A stretch of DNA of 64,000 bases from positions 31,305-95,304 of the IMG/VR virus record IMGVR_UViG_3300025732_000024, one strand, 5' to 3'. The position numbers were made by a program, and so were the translations under genes. The DNA is from a virus. Positions 29,977 through 39,474 of this stretch are shown one piece after another. Each line of letters begins with the position of its first letter. The first letter of the stretch is position 1. The notes under the pieces are model-generated. The model saw only the letters and a list, made by a program, of their open reading frames with translations, was not told the origin of the DNA and searched no databases.

Positions 29977-31509
29977 ATGACTAACCCGTTTGCATCCAAA
30001 AAAGAAGTATTTGCCCCATTAATTAACGCCGAACGGTGGCTAATGGGTGCGTTCGCTGTGGCTGGCATCGGGTTTACATTCACTCCCGTCATCTGGCCAC
30101 AACAAAGACCGGAAGTTAAGCTGATTCAATCAGTTTTTGGATTATTCTCCAGTGGATGCTTTACCCTTTCAGCTATAGAAAGAAAGAGTAAGGAAAAAGA
30201 CTATCAAGCTATTTCTCACGCTCACCATGAGATTGTAAAAGAGGAACTCAAGGGGCAATTTGCCTTTGAGCAATCACGGCAGCAGATAGAATCTAAGCGC
30301 AAACTTGCCACCTATGTAAACGCATTACCACTAGAAGAAAGGCAGCAATGGGCGATACAATACGGACTACACGGGTTGATTGAGTTGCCACAAATACAGC
30401 AAGCCGTAATTGAGCAGCCGCGACGATTGCCAGGGCGCATCCCTAGTCCTGATATTGCGGATGTAAATGAAGATGCGGTTCAGGAAATTATCAATCCTGG
30501 GGTGATGTCTGTATTGCAAGAATTAGCCGCTCAATACCCTGAATACATCAGGATTGATGAGCAATGGGTTGACGAGTTATGCGATTCATCATCGTTGCAG
30601 GACATGGGGAAACGAGCTAACCATCACTTCAGTTTTTGGGGTGAAACCCAATCTGGTAAATCAACTTTAGCAGGTGTTTTTATCAATAAAATAGCTGCTA
30701 AGTCTCAAAGCCCAGCCATAGTCATTGGTTCAGACCCCAAGAATTATTTAACTACTTGGCTATGTAAATTTAGCCGTAAATTTGACGGGTTCAAAGATAA
30801 TTTAGATGACTGGGTAACGTTTGCCACAAAGGTTATAGACTCCAGGCAAAACGAATATAAAGACAACAAAAAAGGAACGGGTTTACCCGAATTATTTTTA
30901 ATTCAGGACGAGGTAAACGTAGTCTATGGCGAAGGAAAAGGCTTACTCGGTCAAGTCCCTAAAGAGACAGCATTGAACCTTTGCGCTATGTGGAATTACA
31001 TCATTAATTTCACAGCCGCCATGAAGATTCACGGTATATTCATGGGACAAAACCCATTAAGTGGTTACACAGGTTTTAGTCGTCCAGCACTTAAAAATAT
31101 CTGTTTTTTAGCATTAGGAAAAGTATCGAATTACGTCCTAACTAAAATGCCAGAAATATTAAATGTAAAATCAGAAATCCTGGAATTATTAGGTAATGCC
31201 TGTGAACTACTTGATAAAGGGGGCGTACGCTATGCTTTAGTAGTTCCCACTCGTGGCAATCCTTACGTAGCACTAATTCCTACATTTGATATTAATTCAT
31301 TAGAGCAAACAACACAACCCCAAGCAGACGATGAACAAGAAGCAAGTGACGCGACTAACTGGTATGAAATCTTAGTTGAATGGGTAAAACAATTAGAAAG
31401 ACAACCCACGCCCCAAGAACTTAAAGCAGCATGGAAACAACTAACCAAGCAAGAATTAAATGATAGCGGCGTTGCTCTGTTAATGGAGAAACTAGGATTC
31501 AAGGAATAA
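29977..31509 (+). CDS. Membrane-anchored FtsK/HerA-like P-loop ATPase
   Basis: Two N-terminal TM segments; GETQSGKST; LIQDE; GQNP. Confidence 0.75.
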   Translation: MTNPFASKKEVFAPLINAERWLMGAFAVAGIGFTFTPVIWPQQRPEVKLIQSVFGLFSSGCFTLSAIERKSKEKDYQAISHAHHEIVKEELKGQFAFEQSRQQIESKRKLATYVNALPLEERQQWAIQYGLHGLIELPQIQQAVIEQPRRLPGRIPSPDIADVNEDAVQEIINPGVMSVLQELAAQYPEYIRIDEQWVDELCDSSSLQDMGKRANHHFSFWGETQSGKSTLAGVFINKIAAKSQSPAIVIGSDPKNYLTTWLCKFSRKFDGFKDNLDDWVTFATKVIDSRQNEYKDNKKGTGLPELFLIQDEVNVVYGEGKGLLGQVPKETALNLCAMWNYIINFTAAMKIHGIFMGQNPLSGYTGFSRPALKNICFLALGKVSNYVLTKMPEILNVKSEILELLGNACELLDKGGVRYALVVPTRGNPYVALIPTFDINSLEQTTQPQADDEQEASDATNWYEILVEWVKQLERQPTPQELKAAWKQLTKQELNDSGVALLMEKLGFKE

Positions 31510-31699
31510 ATAAATCTCTGCATATTTCCCAGATTCACTTACTAGGAAATAATCATGAAAACCACAATCAACGAACTAGTCAGAGTTGCTATCAAATCCC
31601 TAGACGCACTTTCACAACATCCAGAAATATCCAATAATTCTGATATTGAAAGTGCCATTAATCTTATTCTTAAATTGCGTAATCAAGATTACTCAAAGC

Positions 31700-32020
31700 A
31701 TGAACTTCAATAAACGCTATGGCAACCTTAAAAAATATCGTCAACAATGCGCGATCGCTCACAAATCCACTCACGGTCTATGCTGTGTCTGCATGACCAG
31801 AAAGTCACAAGAGATACACCACGCATTTTACGGTAACGATATTATCGGCGTGTCCACCTATCCGGTCTGTGCAAAATGTCATCAAACAATCTGCCACAGT
31901 CCGGAAAACTGGATTAAAGACCATCAGAACCCCGTCTGGAAGAACCGGAACACAATGCAATTTACTCAAAGATTGCAGCTTGGGTACAAGTTACTTTACG
32001 AAGGTATAAACCATCAGTAG
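31700..32020 (+). CDS. HNH-like Zn-binding protein (paralog of 12686..13018)
   Basis: RYGNLKKY...THGLCCVC...IHH...CAKCH. Confidence 0.65.
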   Translation: MNFNKRYGNLKKYRQQCAIAHKSTHGLCCVCMTRKSQEIHHAFYGNDIIGVSTYPVCAKCHQTICHSPENWIKDHQNPVWKNRNTMQFTQRLQLGYKLLYEGINHQ

Positions 32021-32101
32021 AAACGAGGTGCATCAACGCACCCTTTGTAATTCCTGTATAGTATAAATAGTAAGCGTTTTTGACGAGAATTTGACGAGAA
32101 T

Positions 32102-33040
32102 ATGAGTATTATTTACGCTAAAAAGACTACCGCACAGGGCGGAAGATGTATCAAGTGCAGCAGATACCGATGGTTAGAGGCACGAAGCGACGACGGCGGC
32201 ATCTGTACAGAATGCGTTCTTAGTCTGAAAAAGCAAAAATTAATCAGCTTCGCCAGACCACCTAAGCCACCTAAACCAGTAAAAATCAAGCCACCTAAAC
32301 CACCTAAGCCACCTAAGCCACCCACAAGAAGAGAGATAGTAACAGCAACGTCGGACAAAATACTGGAAGTCATGAAGAAGTCCAAGACTCCGTTAAGTGT
32401 TCACGAATTAGCCGCAAAACTTGACATTCAACCCAATAGGGCAAAGTTGCAATGGCTAAGAAAAATATGTCAAAAAATGACAACCAACAAGCTACTTGCT
32501 CAATCTGACAGTCGTTACAAACAATACATTAACATCTCCAGGCGACACTTGTTGTCTAAATTATCCACACACAATTACTTACGGAATGCAAGGGAATTAT
32601 CTATAGATAAAGTCAAAAAATTCCTAGAATCATCCACAACCGCTCAAAGTTGCTCACAGATATTAGATGGATTGAATGGACTAACAAGAGTAGTATTATA
32701 CAAAGTTCTACGGATTTTAATAGCTAGAGATTTAGTTGAATATCATGTTAATTCAGCAGGAAAAAAAACTACATTTTATGCACTCAAATCCAATCAATTA
32801 GCAATTACTGATTTAGAAAAAATCCGAGAAAATTGTATTGACAACAAGATTATAAATATAGTAAAAAATGGGGGTAATAAAATTACAAAGAACAAAATCG
32901 TCAAGCAGTTAGGACTACGTTCCCCAGGTAATTCTCGCGTGAAAAAGACCCTAGAGCGACTCATCCAAAACGGAAAGATAACCCGTGAACCACTAGGGGA
33001 ATACAAAAACGGATTCATTTATTTACTAAAGCAACCATGA
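32102..33040 (+). CDS. Zn-finger, PPK repeat and multi-winged-helix protein
   Basis: CIKC..CTEC, (PPK)n, several wHTH-like segments; stop overlaps next ATG. Confidence 0.6.
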   Translation: MSIIYAKKTTAQGGRCIKCSRYRWLEARSDDGGICTECVLSLKKQKLISFARPPKPPKPVKIKPPKPPKPPKPPTRREIVTATSDKILEVMKKSKTPLSVHELAAKLDIQPNRAKLQWLRKICQKMTTNKLLAQSDSRYKQYINISRRHLLSKLSTHNYLRNARELSIDKVKKFLESSTTAQSCSQILDGLNGLTRVVLYKVLRILIARDLVEYHVNSAGKKTTFYALKSNQLAITDLEKIRENCIDNKIINIVKNGGNKITKNKIVKQLGLRSPGNSRVKKTLERLIQNGKITREPLGEYKNGFIYLLKQP

Positions 33041-33552
33041 ACAATCATTACGGCATTCCCCAAACACGGGATAAATGTTACGGCGCAGCAGCCTGTCTCA
33101 CCTATTGGGTATTCAAATGCAGAGACCGTAAACGCAGTCCGGCAATGGGGACTAAAACCTGGAGTTATCTAGAATCAAGCATCAGAAATTCAGCCGAAAT
33201 ATCCACTAATTTAGAGGATTATTTACAGCATCTTTGTGACAAACTTTGCTCACAATTACGACCGATTGAGCTAACAAAAGTCATTCAACCTACCCAGAGA
33301 ATCCTGCGGGTAAATGAAGATGCGACGGAAATCAAGGAACTGCCATTAGACCAAAATCTAGTCTTTATGGGTTGGCTAGACCTAATCAATGATATTGCTC
33401 CTCACGGTTTCTCTGAGTGGGATGTACTGGAATTACTGAGAACTAAAGCAGGGATTATTCAGGTAGTCTGTAGATTGAGATTTGAAGAAGACCGGAGCTT
33501 GGGACTTGATGAACCAGAGGAATTTATAGAAATCGAGGCGACAAATGTTTGA
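33037..33552 (+). CDS. cas11: Type IV-B Cas11-like small subunit
   Basis: Helical 171-aa gene directly upstream of csf2. Confidence 0.55.
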   Translation: MNNHYGIPQTRDKCYGAAACLTYWVFKCRDRKRSPAMGTKTWSYLESSIRNSAEISTNLEDYLQHLCDKLCSQLRPIELTKVIQPTQRILRVNEDATEIKELPLDQNLVFMGWLDLINDIAPHGFSEWDVLELLRTKAGIIQVVCRLRFEEDRSLGLDEPEEFIEIEATNV

Positions 33553-34675
33553 TAATTATGATATTTTTGATAGGGAAAAATTGACCCTACATTGCCTGAT
33601 TACACTGCAAACACCTCTATCACATATTGGTGAAGTGTCGGGCAATGTGAGCAACTTAAAAACATCAAAATTACTTGATTTTGAAGGCAATCCTAGAAGT
33701 GTTTTTACCTATTCAGGTAATGCTATCAGGAATGGCATTTTACGCCGTGTAGGGGTGGCAGCAACACTTAAAGAACTAGGAATTCAGATAAACCCTGACA
33801 CGCACCATACCATGTTTGCAGGTGGCAGAATTGACGGAAGCACAGCTTCAGATATGCAATTAGACAAGAAAATCCGGGTGCTAATGCCTTGGCTATCAGT
33901 GCTGGGAACAGCCAAACCGACGGGAGTATTTGGTAGTAAAGATGCTCAAATGGTGCAGGGAAGAATTAACGTTGGCTCTGGGTATCTCATCTGCTACGAA
34001 TCAGCAGAATACGTATACAATCAAGTACCTGCGCTTCTACCACCAAAAGTACAGCCTGTTGTGGAGCAATTATTAATAGCTAAAAATAGGCTATCTTCTG
34101 ATCCTTTTACTCCTACATCGGCTGAAGATATTGATTCTTGGGAGCAAGCTAAATCTGAATATTTGCCATTGCTGCAAAAACATTTAAAGACATGGACGGA
34201 ATACTTGACCATTGACCAGACGACGCGCAGAGATAGCACCTTAGACCCTAATCTGCTCAAGTTTCTACCTGGTGAGGTGCAGACACAATTGAAGGGTGAC
34301 GGTACTGCTAAAGAGAAAAAATCAGACCAGATGATTGCATCCGATAGGCTGATTATGGCAGGAGCAAAACTTTATTCTAGATGGGATTTAAACTGTACCA
34401 AAATTGAGCAAGGATGGATTTTTGATACATTACTAAAATTCTCAGAATCACCCTACATTGGCGGTAAAGGCAACCGTGGCAATGGCAGGGTACATCTAGA
34501 TTTTTGGTTTCAATCTTCAGATGAAAAAGGCTTACTTTGCTCCCTTAAAGATGGTGTTTTGAGCGATCGCTTCCTCAATGCCCATCAAAAATACAGGGAG
34601 TACATCAATCAATACCAGCATTTCCTAAGTGAAGCGAAAACATCCAATGAATTAAGGAGTCTATTAGGTGGTTAG
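33545..34675 (+). CDS. csf2: Type IV Cas7-family backbone protein
   Basis: TPLSH, SGNAIRNGILRR, FAGG, LSVLG, GRINVG, TRRD, IGGKGNRGNG. Confidence 0.88.
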   Translation: MFDNYDIFDREKLTLHCLITLQTPLSHIGEVSGNVSNLKTSKLLDFEGNPRSVFTYSGNAIRNGILRRVGVAATLKELGIQINPDTHHTMFAGGRIDGSTASDMQLDKKIRVLMPWLSVLGTAKPTGVFGSKDAQMVQGRINVGSGYLICYESAEYVYNQVPALLPPKVQPVVEQLLIAKNRLSSDPFTPTSAEDIDSWEQAKSEYLPLLQKHLKTWTEYLTIDQTTRRDSTLDPNLLKFLPGEVQTQLKGDGTAKEKKSDQMIASDRLIMAGAKLYSRWDLNCTKIEQGWIFDTLLKFSESPYIGGKGNRGNGRVHLDFWFQSSDEKGLLCSLKDGVLSDRFLNAHQKYREYINQYQHFLSEAKTSNELRSLLGG

Positions 34676-35030
34676 TGGTAACTGGTTCATCACACCTCAC
34701 GCTGTACGGAAATTCATGCAAATCACCGGATACGAATACAACGAAAGCCTAAGCAGGCTTTTGATTATTTCCAGTACAGCTAAGTTCGTCAAAGTCCTTC
34801 CCAGTGGATTTAGCCTGTACCGTCAGTATTTCCGCCGTTCTACACAAGTCCGGGAAAAGCGCAAACAGGAAGGCAAGGTTAACAACGCCAGAACAAATCT
34901 AGGTCTGGTAATTGCACCCCCAAACAAAGAAGGACAGCTACCACAACTGGTAACTGTCCTTTACAGAAATCCTTATAAAGCTACTCAAAAGATACAGCAA
35001 ACAATTTGCCATCTTCAGAACTTTGAATGA
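34668..35030 (+). CDS. Hypothetical protein (possible toxin-like HAxxK motif)
   Basis: ITPHAVRKF...LVTV. Confidence 0.4.
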   Translation: MVSGNWFITPHAVRKFMQITGYEYNESLSRLLIISSTAKFVKVLPSGFSLYRQYFRRSTQVREKRKQEGKVNNARTNLGLVIAPPNKEGQLPQLVTVLYRNPYKATQKIQQTICHLQNFE

Positions 35031-35262
35031 CTACCGCGTTGGGCGGTAGTTCGTAAACTTCACCGGGGAAAATTCCCTCGGCTATTTCGTATTCATCAAA
35101 TTCCCAGTTTTGGATGTCTTGGACATCCTCAGAGACTTTTTGTTCTGAGATATCCGCAACAAGATTGGTACAAAGGTTGTCTACATAGTTGATACCCCCG
35201 CGCACCCGCGCCCAGTGGGTAACTTTGCTCGCTTTGCTAATGATTTCCTTCAATATGGGCAT
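34981..35262 (-). CDS. Hypothetical protein in insertion within the IV-B operon
   Basis: ORF coupled to 35237..35431. Confidence 0.55.
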   Translation of the reverse strand: MPILKEIISKASKVTHWARVRGGINYVDNLCTNLVADISEQKVSEDVQDIQNWEFDEYEIAEGIFPGEVYELPPNAVVIQSSEDGKLFAVSFE

Positions 35263-35431
35263 TCCATTCCTCCGCTATTTGTTTAATCAGTCCTGAAACA
35301 TTTGGCTCACCCTTCTTTGAGCCGTTAGAAATGAACAATCCCCTTTGGGTTGCCATTTCTCTGAGGATTTGGTGATGCTCTACCTCTAGGGAGATAGAAA
35401 TCACATACTTGGGTTCGTCTCTTTTTCGCAT
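35237..35431 (-). CDS. RHH-like protein (similar to 17432..17680)
   Basis: ISISL...GEPNVSGLIKQIA. Confidence 0.55.
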   Translation of the reverse strand: MRKRDEPKYVISISLEVEHHQILREMATQRGLFISNGSKKGEPNVSGLIKQIAEEWNAHIEGNH

Positions 35432-35451
35432 TCTTTTCTTGGTATAGACTA

Positions 35452-36203
35452 ATAGTAAATCAATTTTTTCTATTAGTCAATACCAATTAACACTGAATTC
35501 TATCGGGTCTTTTTGTTACGCGAAGGAATCTCCGCGTAGTGTGGACAGGATAGAGATGTAGCTATCCCAATCCATCGTCACATTTTTGAAACAGGTAATC
35601 CAGACACAGGAGTCTGATAATGTTCTTAGCTTGTCAACTCTGGACAAGCCAGTTTGTAATTTTGTGTTATTGAGTTTAGCGAGATTTCTCGCTACTCTAT
35701 CTTGAGTCAACTCTTCGATTTCTTTGTTGTTCTCACGTAAAGCGTTAAAGTAACGCTCCGCATTTTCTTGTCCTAAATTGCTTGTTACTTGTTCTTTGTT
35801 TTCTGTAATATACCCTTCTAAATCCATGAAAAAGTCGGCATAGCCTTCTCTTTTAAGAACTTCTCTTTTTGCTGATTCGTAGCAAACAGCTTGAGCATTT
35901 TCTACCAAATTAAGGACTTCACTTCTAATGTCTGATGCCCATGCTATTTGTTTTTCAGTTCCATTTAGTTCAGGTAATGTCACGGTTAGCTCCTCTAATT
36001 TTGCCTCTAAATCAACCAATCTAAGAACATAGGACTTGAAAGCCTTGACACCTTTAGATAAAATATCCTTAATCACTTGGATTTGGTGCTTAACGATTCT
36101 AATCAAAAATGTCTTTGTAACTTTCATTGCCCTGTCTCCTTTACTTGGTATGTACCAATAGTAAATCAATCTTTTTCATTAGTCAATACCAGTCAACACT
36201 GAA
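35452..36203 (-). promoter_or_regulatory. Duplicated sigma70-type promoter (35452-35497 and 36158-36203)
   Basis: TTGACT-N17-TACTAT on the minus strand in both copies. Confidence 0.75.
35516..36127 (-). CDS. Hypothetical protein with the shared N-module and an LxGTEKQIAWA motif
   Basis: Start MKVTK with AAGGAG RBS. Confidence 0.7.
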   Translation of the reverse strand: MKVTKTFLIRIVKHQIQVIKDILSKGVKAFKSYVLRLVDLEAKLEELTVTLPELNGTEKQIAWASDIRSEVLNLVENAQAVCYESAKREVLKREGYADFFMDLEGYITENKEQVTSNLGQENAERYFNALRENNKEIEELTQDRVARNLAKLNNTKLQTGLSRVDKLRTLSDSCVWITCFKNVTMDWDSYISILSTLRGDSFA

Positions 36204-36228
36204 CTTTTCCAAGTAACTTTTCTAACTT

Positions 36229-36918
36229 ATGCAAAACCTACAGATTACCGCGCACCTATCCACAGCTATCGGCACTTACGATAACTGGAGTCCTTCAATC
36301 GAGGGGATTCTGATTTACCAGCTACTTGTAAGGCATGACTTATTGTCTTGCAATCCTACATCACAAGAAGTAGCTGAAATGCAAGATTTCCTAGCCAAGA
36401 ACCTGCCCTTGCAGCAAACATCTATAAAAGATGAAAAATATTATTGCTCTAGCTCACCTTACTATGTAGTCCAGGGTGAAGCTACCGATAAATACAGGAA
36501 GCGGTGGGATAGTCATGATATTAACTTGAATTGGGGAAAAAGAAAGCCGCAATTCAAAACTGGAGAAGGTGCAGAAAAATCCTATGATTTACCTTTGTAT
36601 GTGCGCTTAGTTTCTAGCATTAACTGGTTTGTGGTTGGTGATAAAGATGAAATCAAAAGTTTATTATTATCCGTAGATCACATCCAAAAAAAACGCAGCT
36701 ACGGCAACGGTGAAGTACGGGAATGGCAGATAGGAATAGCTTACGACGACTATCATCTATGGCGAGATGATAAACTAATGAAGCCCATTCCTGTTAGGTT
36801 GATTGACCAGAAGCTAGATAATCCCCAGATGGTTTGGGGATGGAGAAGCCCCGCATGGTTGGCTGTCAACAAAGAATTATGCTATATGCCAAAGGATAAT
36901 GTGATTTATGCAAGATGA
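36229..36918 (+). CDS. csf3: Type IV Cas5-family protein
   Basis: YRKRWD, KSYDLP, VGD, KKRSYGNGEV. Confidence 0.82.
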   Translation: MQNLQITAHLSTAIGTYDNWSPSIEGILIYQLLVRHDLLSCNPTSQEVAEMQDFLAKNLPLQQTSIKDEKYYCSSSPYYVVQGEATDKYRKRWDSHDINLNWGKRKPQFKTGEGAEKSYDLPLYVRLVSSINWFVVGDKDEIKSLLLSVDHIQKKRSYGNGEVREWQIGIAYDDYHLWRDDKLMKPIPVRLIDQKLDNPQMVWGWRSPAWLAVNKELCYMPKDNVIYAR

Positions 36919-37624
36919 TGAAAGGCTGATGTTTGAAGGTTGGGCGACCCTGCCAGCCTTTAAAAAGAAAGTAGAACAAGCTAAGATTGTAATCAGAGAG
37001 GCATTAGAAATTACACCTGGTTATGTAGCAGTAAGCTGGGGTAAAGATAGCGTGGTAATGCTGCATTTATGCCAACAGATAAAGCCTGATATCATAGCAG
37101 TAAATTACGGCTCATCGGAGCAAGATATTGTTGACAACTATAGCGAAGTAATTAACACTTATCTGCAAAGATTCCCCACCGATTACAAAGAATTAATAGG
37201 ACTTCCTGAATGGGCTAACGACTCAAATACAGTACAGGATAGATGCAATCAAATATTAGAAGGAACGCATACTTTAGCCTTTGTAGGACTCAGAGCAGAA
37301 GAGAGTAAAAACCGTAAACGCTCTATTCTACAAAATGGTTTAATCCATCAATATAAGTCAGGAAGATACAAAGGACATTACCGCGTCTGTCCTCTGGGAT
37401 GGTGGACATGGCGAGACATTTGGGGTTATACCATTGTCAATAATTTACCCTATCTTGATAGTTACGATTATAAAGATAGAGAGCGCGGTAGAACCAATGC
37501 CCATGCTAGATATTGGTTTTCAAGCAATAAAAACAAGCGAGTATCTGAAGGCAAGATTGACACGATTAGAAAATACAACTTTCCTTTGTTTACATTGTTG
37601 CAATCAGAAGGCATATATGATTAA
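36908..37624 (+). CDS. cysH: CysH/PAPS-reductase-like protein (IV-B signature)
   Basis: VAVSWGKDS, VGLRAEES..R, CPLGWWTWRDIW. Confidence 0.88.
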   Translation: MQDDERLMFEGWATLPAFKKKVEQAKIVIREALEITPGYVAVSWGKDSVVMLHLCQQIKPDIIAVNYGSSEQDIVDNYSEVINTYLQRFPTDYKELIGLPEWANDSNTVQDRCNQILEGTHTLAFVGLRAEESKNRKRSILQNGLIHQYKSGRYKGHYRVCPLGWWTWRDIWGYTIVNNLPYLDSYDYKDRERGRTNAHARYWFSSNKNKRVSEGKIDTIRKYNFPLFTLLQSEGIYD

Positions 37625-37766
37625 AGAAATATTGTTTGATGAAGTCCCCAAAGAGTATTTATTGCAAGTCAATAAATCTATTAACATTAGATTTGCTAAT
37701 GGGAAAAAATACCAAAGAATGATTTTTGATGCTAATATAATAAATTAGAAATGTTGAGGTAAAAAC

Positions 37767-38459
37767 ATGGATTTGGGAATATATTTGACAGACAAATCTG
37801 CATTTGAGCAGTTAGCTTCTAAGGAAATTACGATTGATTTGACTACTCAAGAAAGTTTTTCACCTATTAAACGCTGGGAGATATTCAGTAGAGTCCGTTT
37901 TGAGTACGTGCGTCCGACTTGTGTACTACGCTCTCAATCAGTGCCGTCAGTGTTGCCTAGTATGCCAGAAAACGAAAAAGAATATGGAATAAAAACATAC
38001 TTGCGCTCAGGGTTAAACCCCAATATTGAAGCAATAGAAAAGCTACGCCAAAGCCTAGAAAACCCTGTACCTGGAACTTTGGCAGATGCGCTAAAAACCT
38101 ATTACAAAACAGAGCAAGTAGAAATTCCAGGTACAGATGCTTCCTTATTCCCTGCGGATTACATTATAGTTCACGATTTGCATCATGTATTACTGGGTAT
38201 TGATACATCCCACAGAGGAGAATTAATTGTCATAGCCTACGAAAGTGGCATGATTCAAAAGACAGAATTTCCCATACTTTTGATTGAGCAATTAGAAATA
38301 TTTGTCTCTGATTTGTTCAAAGATATTAAGTCCCATGAACTTCTAAAATATTGGAACATAGGAGTTAAATCTGCGGAATTAGTTGACAATTGGGAGTGGT
38401 GGCATGATTTAGATTTACCCTTGTCATCAGTCAGAGAAAAATACAATATCATCTTATAA
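37767..38459 (+). CDS. Protein with Coq4-like metal-binding domain
   Basis: HDLHHVLLGIDTSHRGE (HDxxH-x11-E); C-terminal LPLSSVREKYNI. Confidence 0.6.
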   Translation: MDLGIYLTDKSAFEQLASKEITIDLTTQESFSPIKRWEIFSRVRFEYVRPTCVLRSQSVPSVLPSMPENEKEYGIKTYLRSGLNPNIEAIEKLRQSLENPVPGTLADALKTYYKTEQVEIPGTDASLFPADYIIVHDLHHVLLGIDTSHRGELIVIAYESGMIQKTEFPILLIEQLEIFVSDLFKDIKSHELLKYWNIGVKSAELVDNWEWWHDLDLPLSSVREKYNIIL

Positions 38460-38515
38460 AAATTAGGTGCGCGGGCTTGTCAAACCGCGCGCCTAACCCA
38501 AAATCAGAGGACACA

Positions 38516-39304
38516 ATGAGTAACTGCTACCTTTGCGCTAAACCAGGGAACAAGCCGCTAGAGTTATCCAATACCTTTACAATGCACTCATCTGCAAAAT
38601 GCCCTGACTCTAAGACACTGTGTCCACGCTGTCACAGCACCATCGCAGGAGACCAGAAGCAGCTATGGTATTGGAATCCAGGCAAAAGCAAATGGTCTAA
38701 ATTATGGGGAAGGTCGCTGTCTAGAGTCTACCAACAAGACACATTAGTCGCACCTGTCTTAGACGGTGAACGCACTGAAGGCAAGGATACCTTTCCCGTC
38801 GTCAAAAACCTATTAACCAGAGTCGAAATCAGAGAGTATCTGCTCAACCCTCCCGTGCCACCGTTTACAATTGCCATAGCAGAGTCAGGGCAAAAGCACA
38901 TTATGCCCTGGGCATTAGAGGCATACAACCGTGATTACTTTCCTGTGCTATTTGAACTAGACATAGTCTATATTGATTGCAGATTTAAAGAATATCTGCA
39001 CACTTATGAGCAATTAATGGGATTAGGTTTTAGCAAGACTGAGATTGACTTAGGTGACTATCGCAGTGATAGATTAATGAAAGTGTTCGCATCACCAAGC
39101 GCGAATGATAGATATTGGGAATTAGAAAACAAGATTGCAACCATCAGAGAAACCAGGTTACTGGCATTAATCAATTACGTGGCTCAATGTCCAGAAGATG
39201 ACATAAAAGAAGAAGTTGTCCAGGAAGAAATCACAGAAAAACCCATTGCTGTTAATGTTCCCAAAGCAGCAAAGCAGTCCGTTCAACTATCATTATTTGG
39301 ATGA
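38516..39304 (+). CDS. csf1: Type IV Cas8-like Zn-finger subunit
   Basis: CYLC, CPRC, LLNPPVPPF...GQKH. Confidence 0.8.
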   Translation: MSNCYLCAKPGNKPLELSNTFTMHSSAKCPDSKTLCPRCHSTIAGDQKQLWYWNPGKSKWSKLWGRSLSRVYQQDTLVAPVLDGERTEGKDTFPVVKNLLTRVEIREYLLNPPVPPFTIAIAESGQKHIMPWALEAYNRDYFPVLFELDIVYIDCRFKEYLHTYEQLMGLGFSKTEIDLGDYRSDRLMKVFASPSANDRYWELENKIATIRETRLLALINYVAQCPEDDIKEEVVQEEITEKPIAVNVPKAAKQSVQLSLFG

Positions 39305-39306
39305 CT

Positions 39307-39474
39307 TTACCCCATGCCCCAAGCATCCCCAATAAGTTTAAGATATTGCGTTTCTTGTATTATCATCGCTTCGTATTGCGCTATCAGTCGTTCCTTGACT
39401 TGTTCTGGCGTCATATCCCGAACTTGCAATTTAAAAGCCGCAATTTGAAATTGTTGCTCAGTCGTTAGATTCAT
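39307..39474 (-). CDS. nblA: Phycobilisome degradation adaptor NblA (55 aa, absent from ORF track)
   Basis: MNLTTEQQFQIAAFKLQVRDMTPEQVKERLIAQYEAMIIQETQYLKLIGDAWGMG matches NblA LSLEQQF..F..QV..MS.EQ..L..Y..M; ATGA overlap with upstream gene. Confidence 0.92.
   Translation of the reverse strand: MNLTTEQQFQIAAFKLQVRDMTPEQVKERLIAQYEAMIIQETQYLKLIGDAWGMG

Noticed and set aside
36908-37624. cysH as a sulfur-metabolism gene or DndC
   Set aside because: Coupled to csf3 in a IV-B context; no dnd or cys genes nearby
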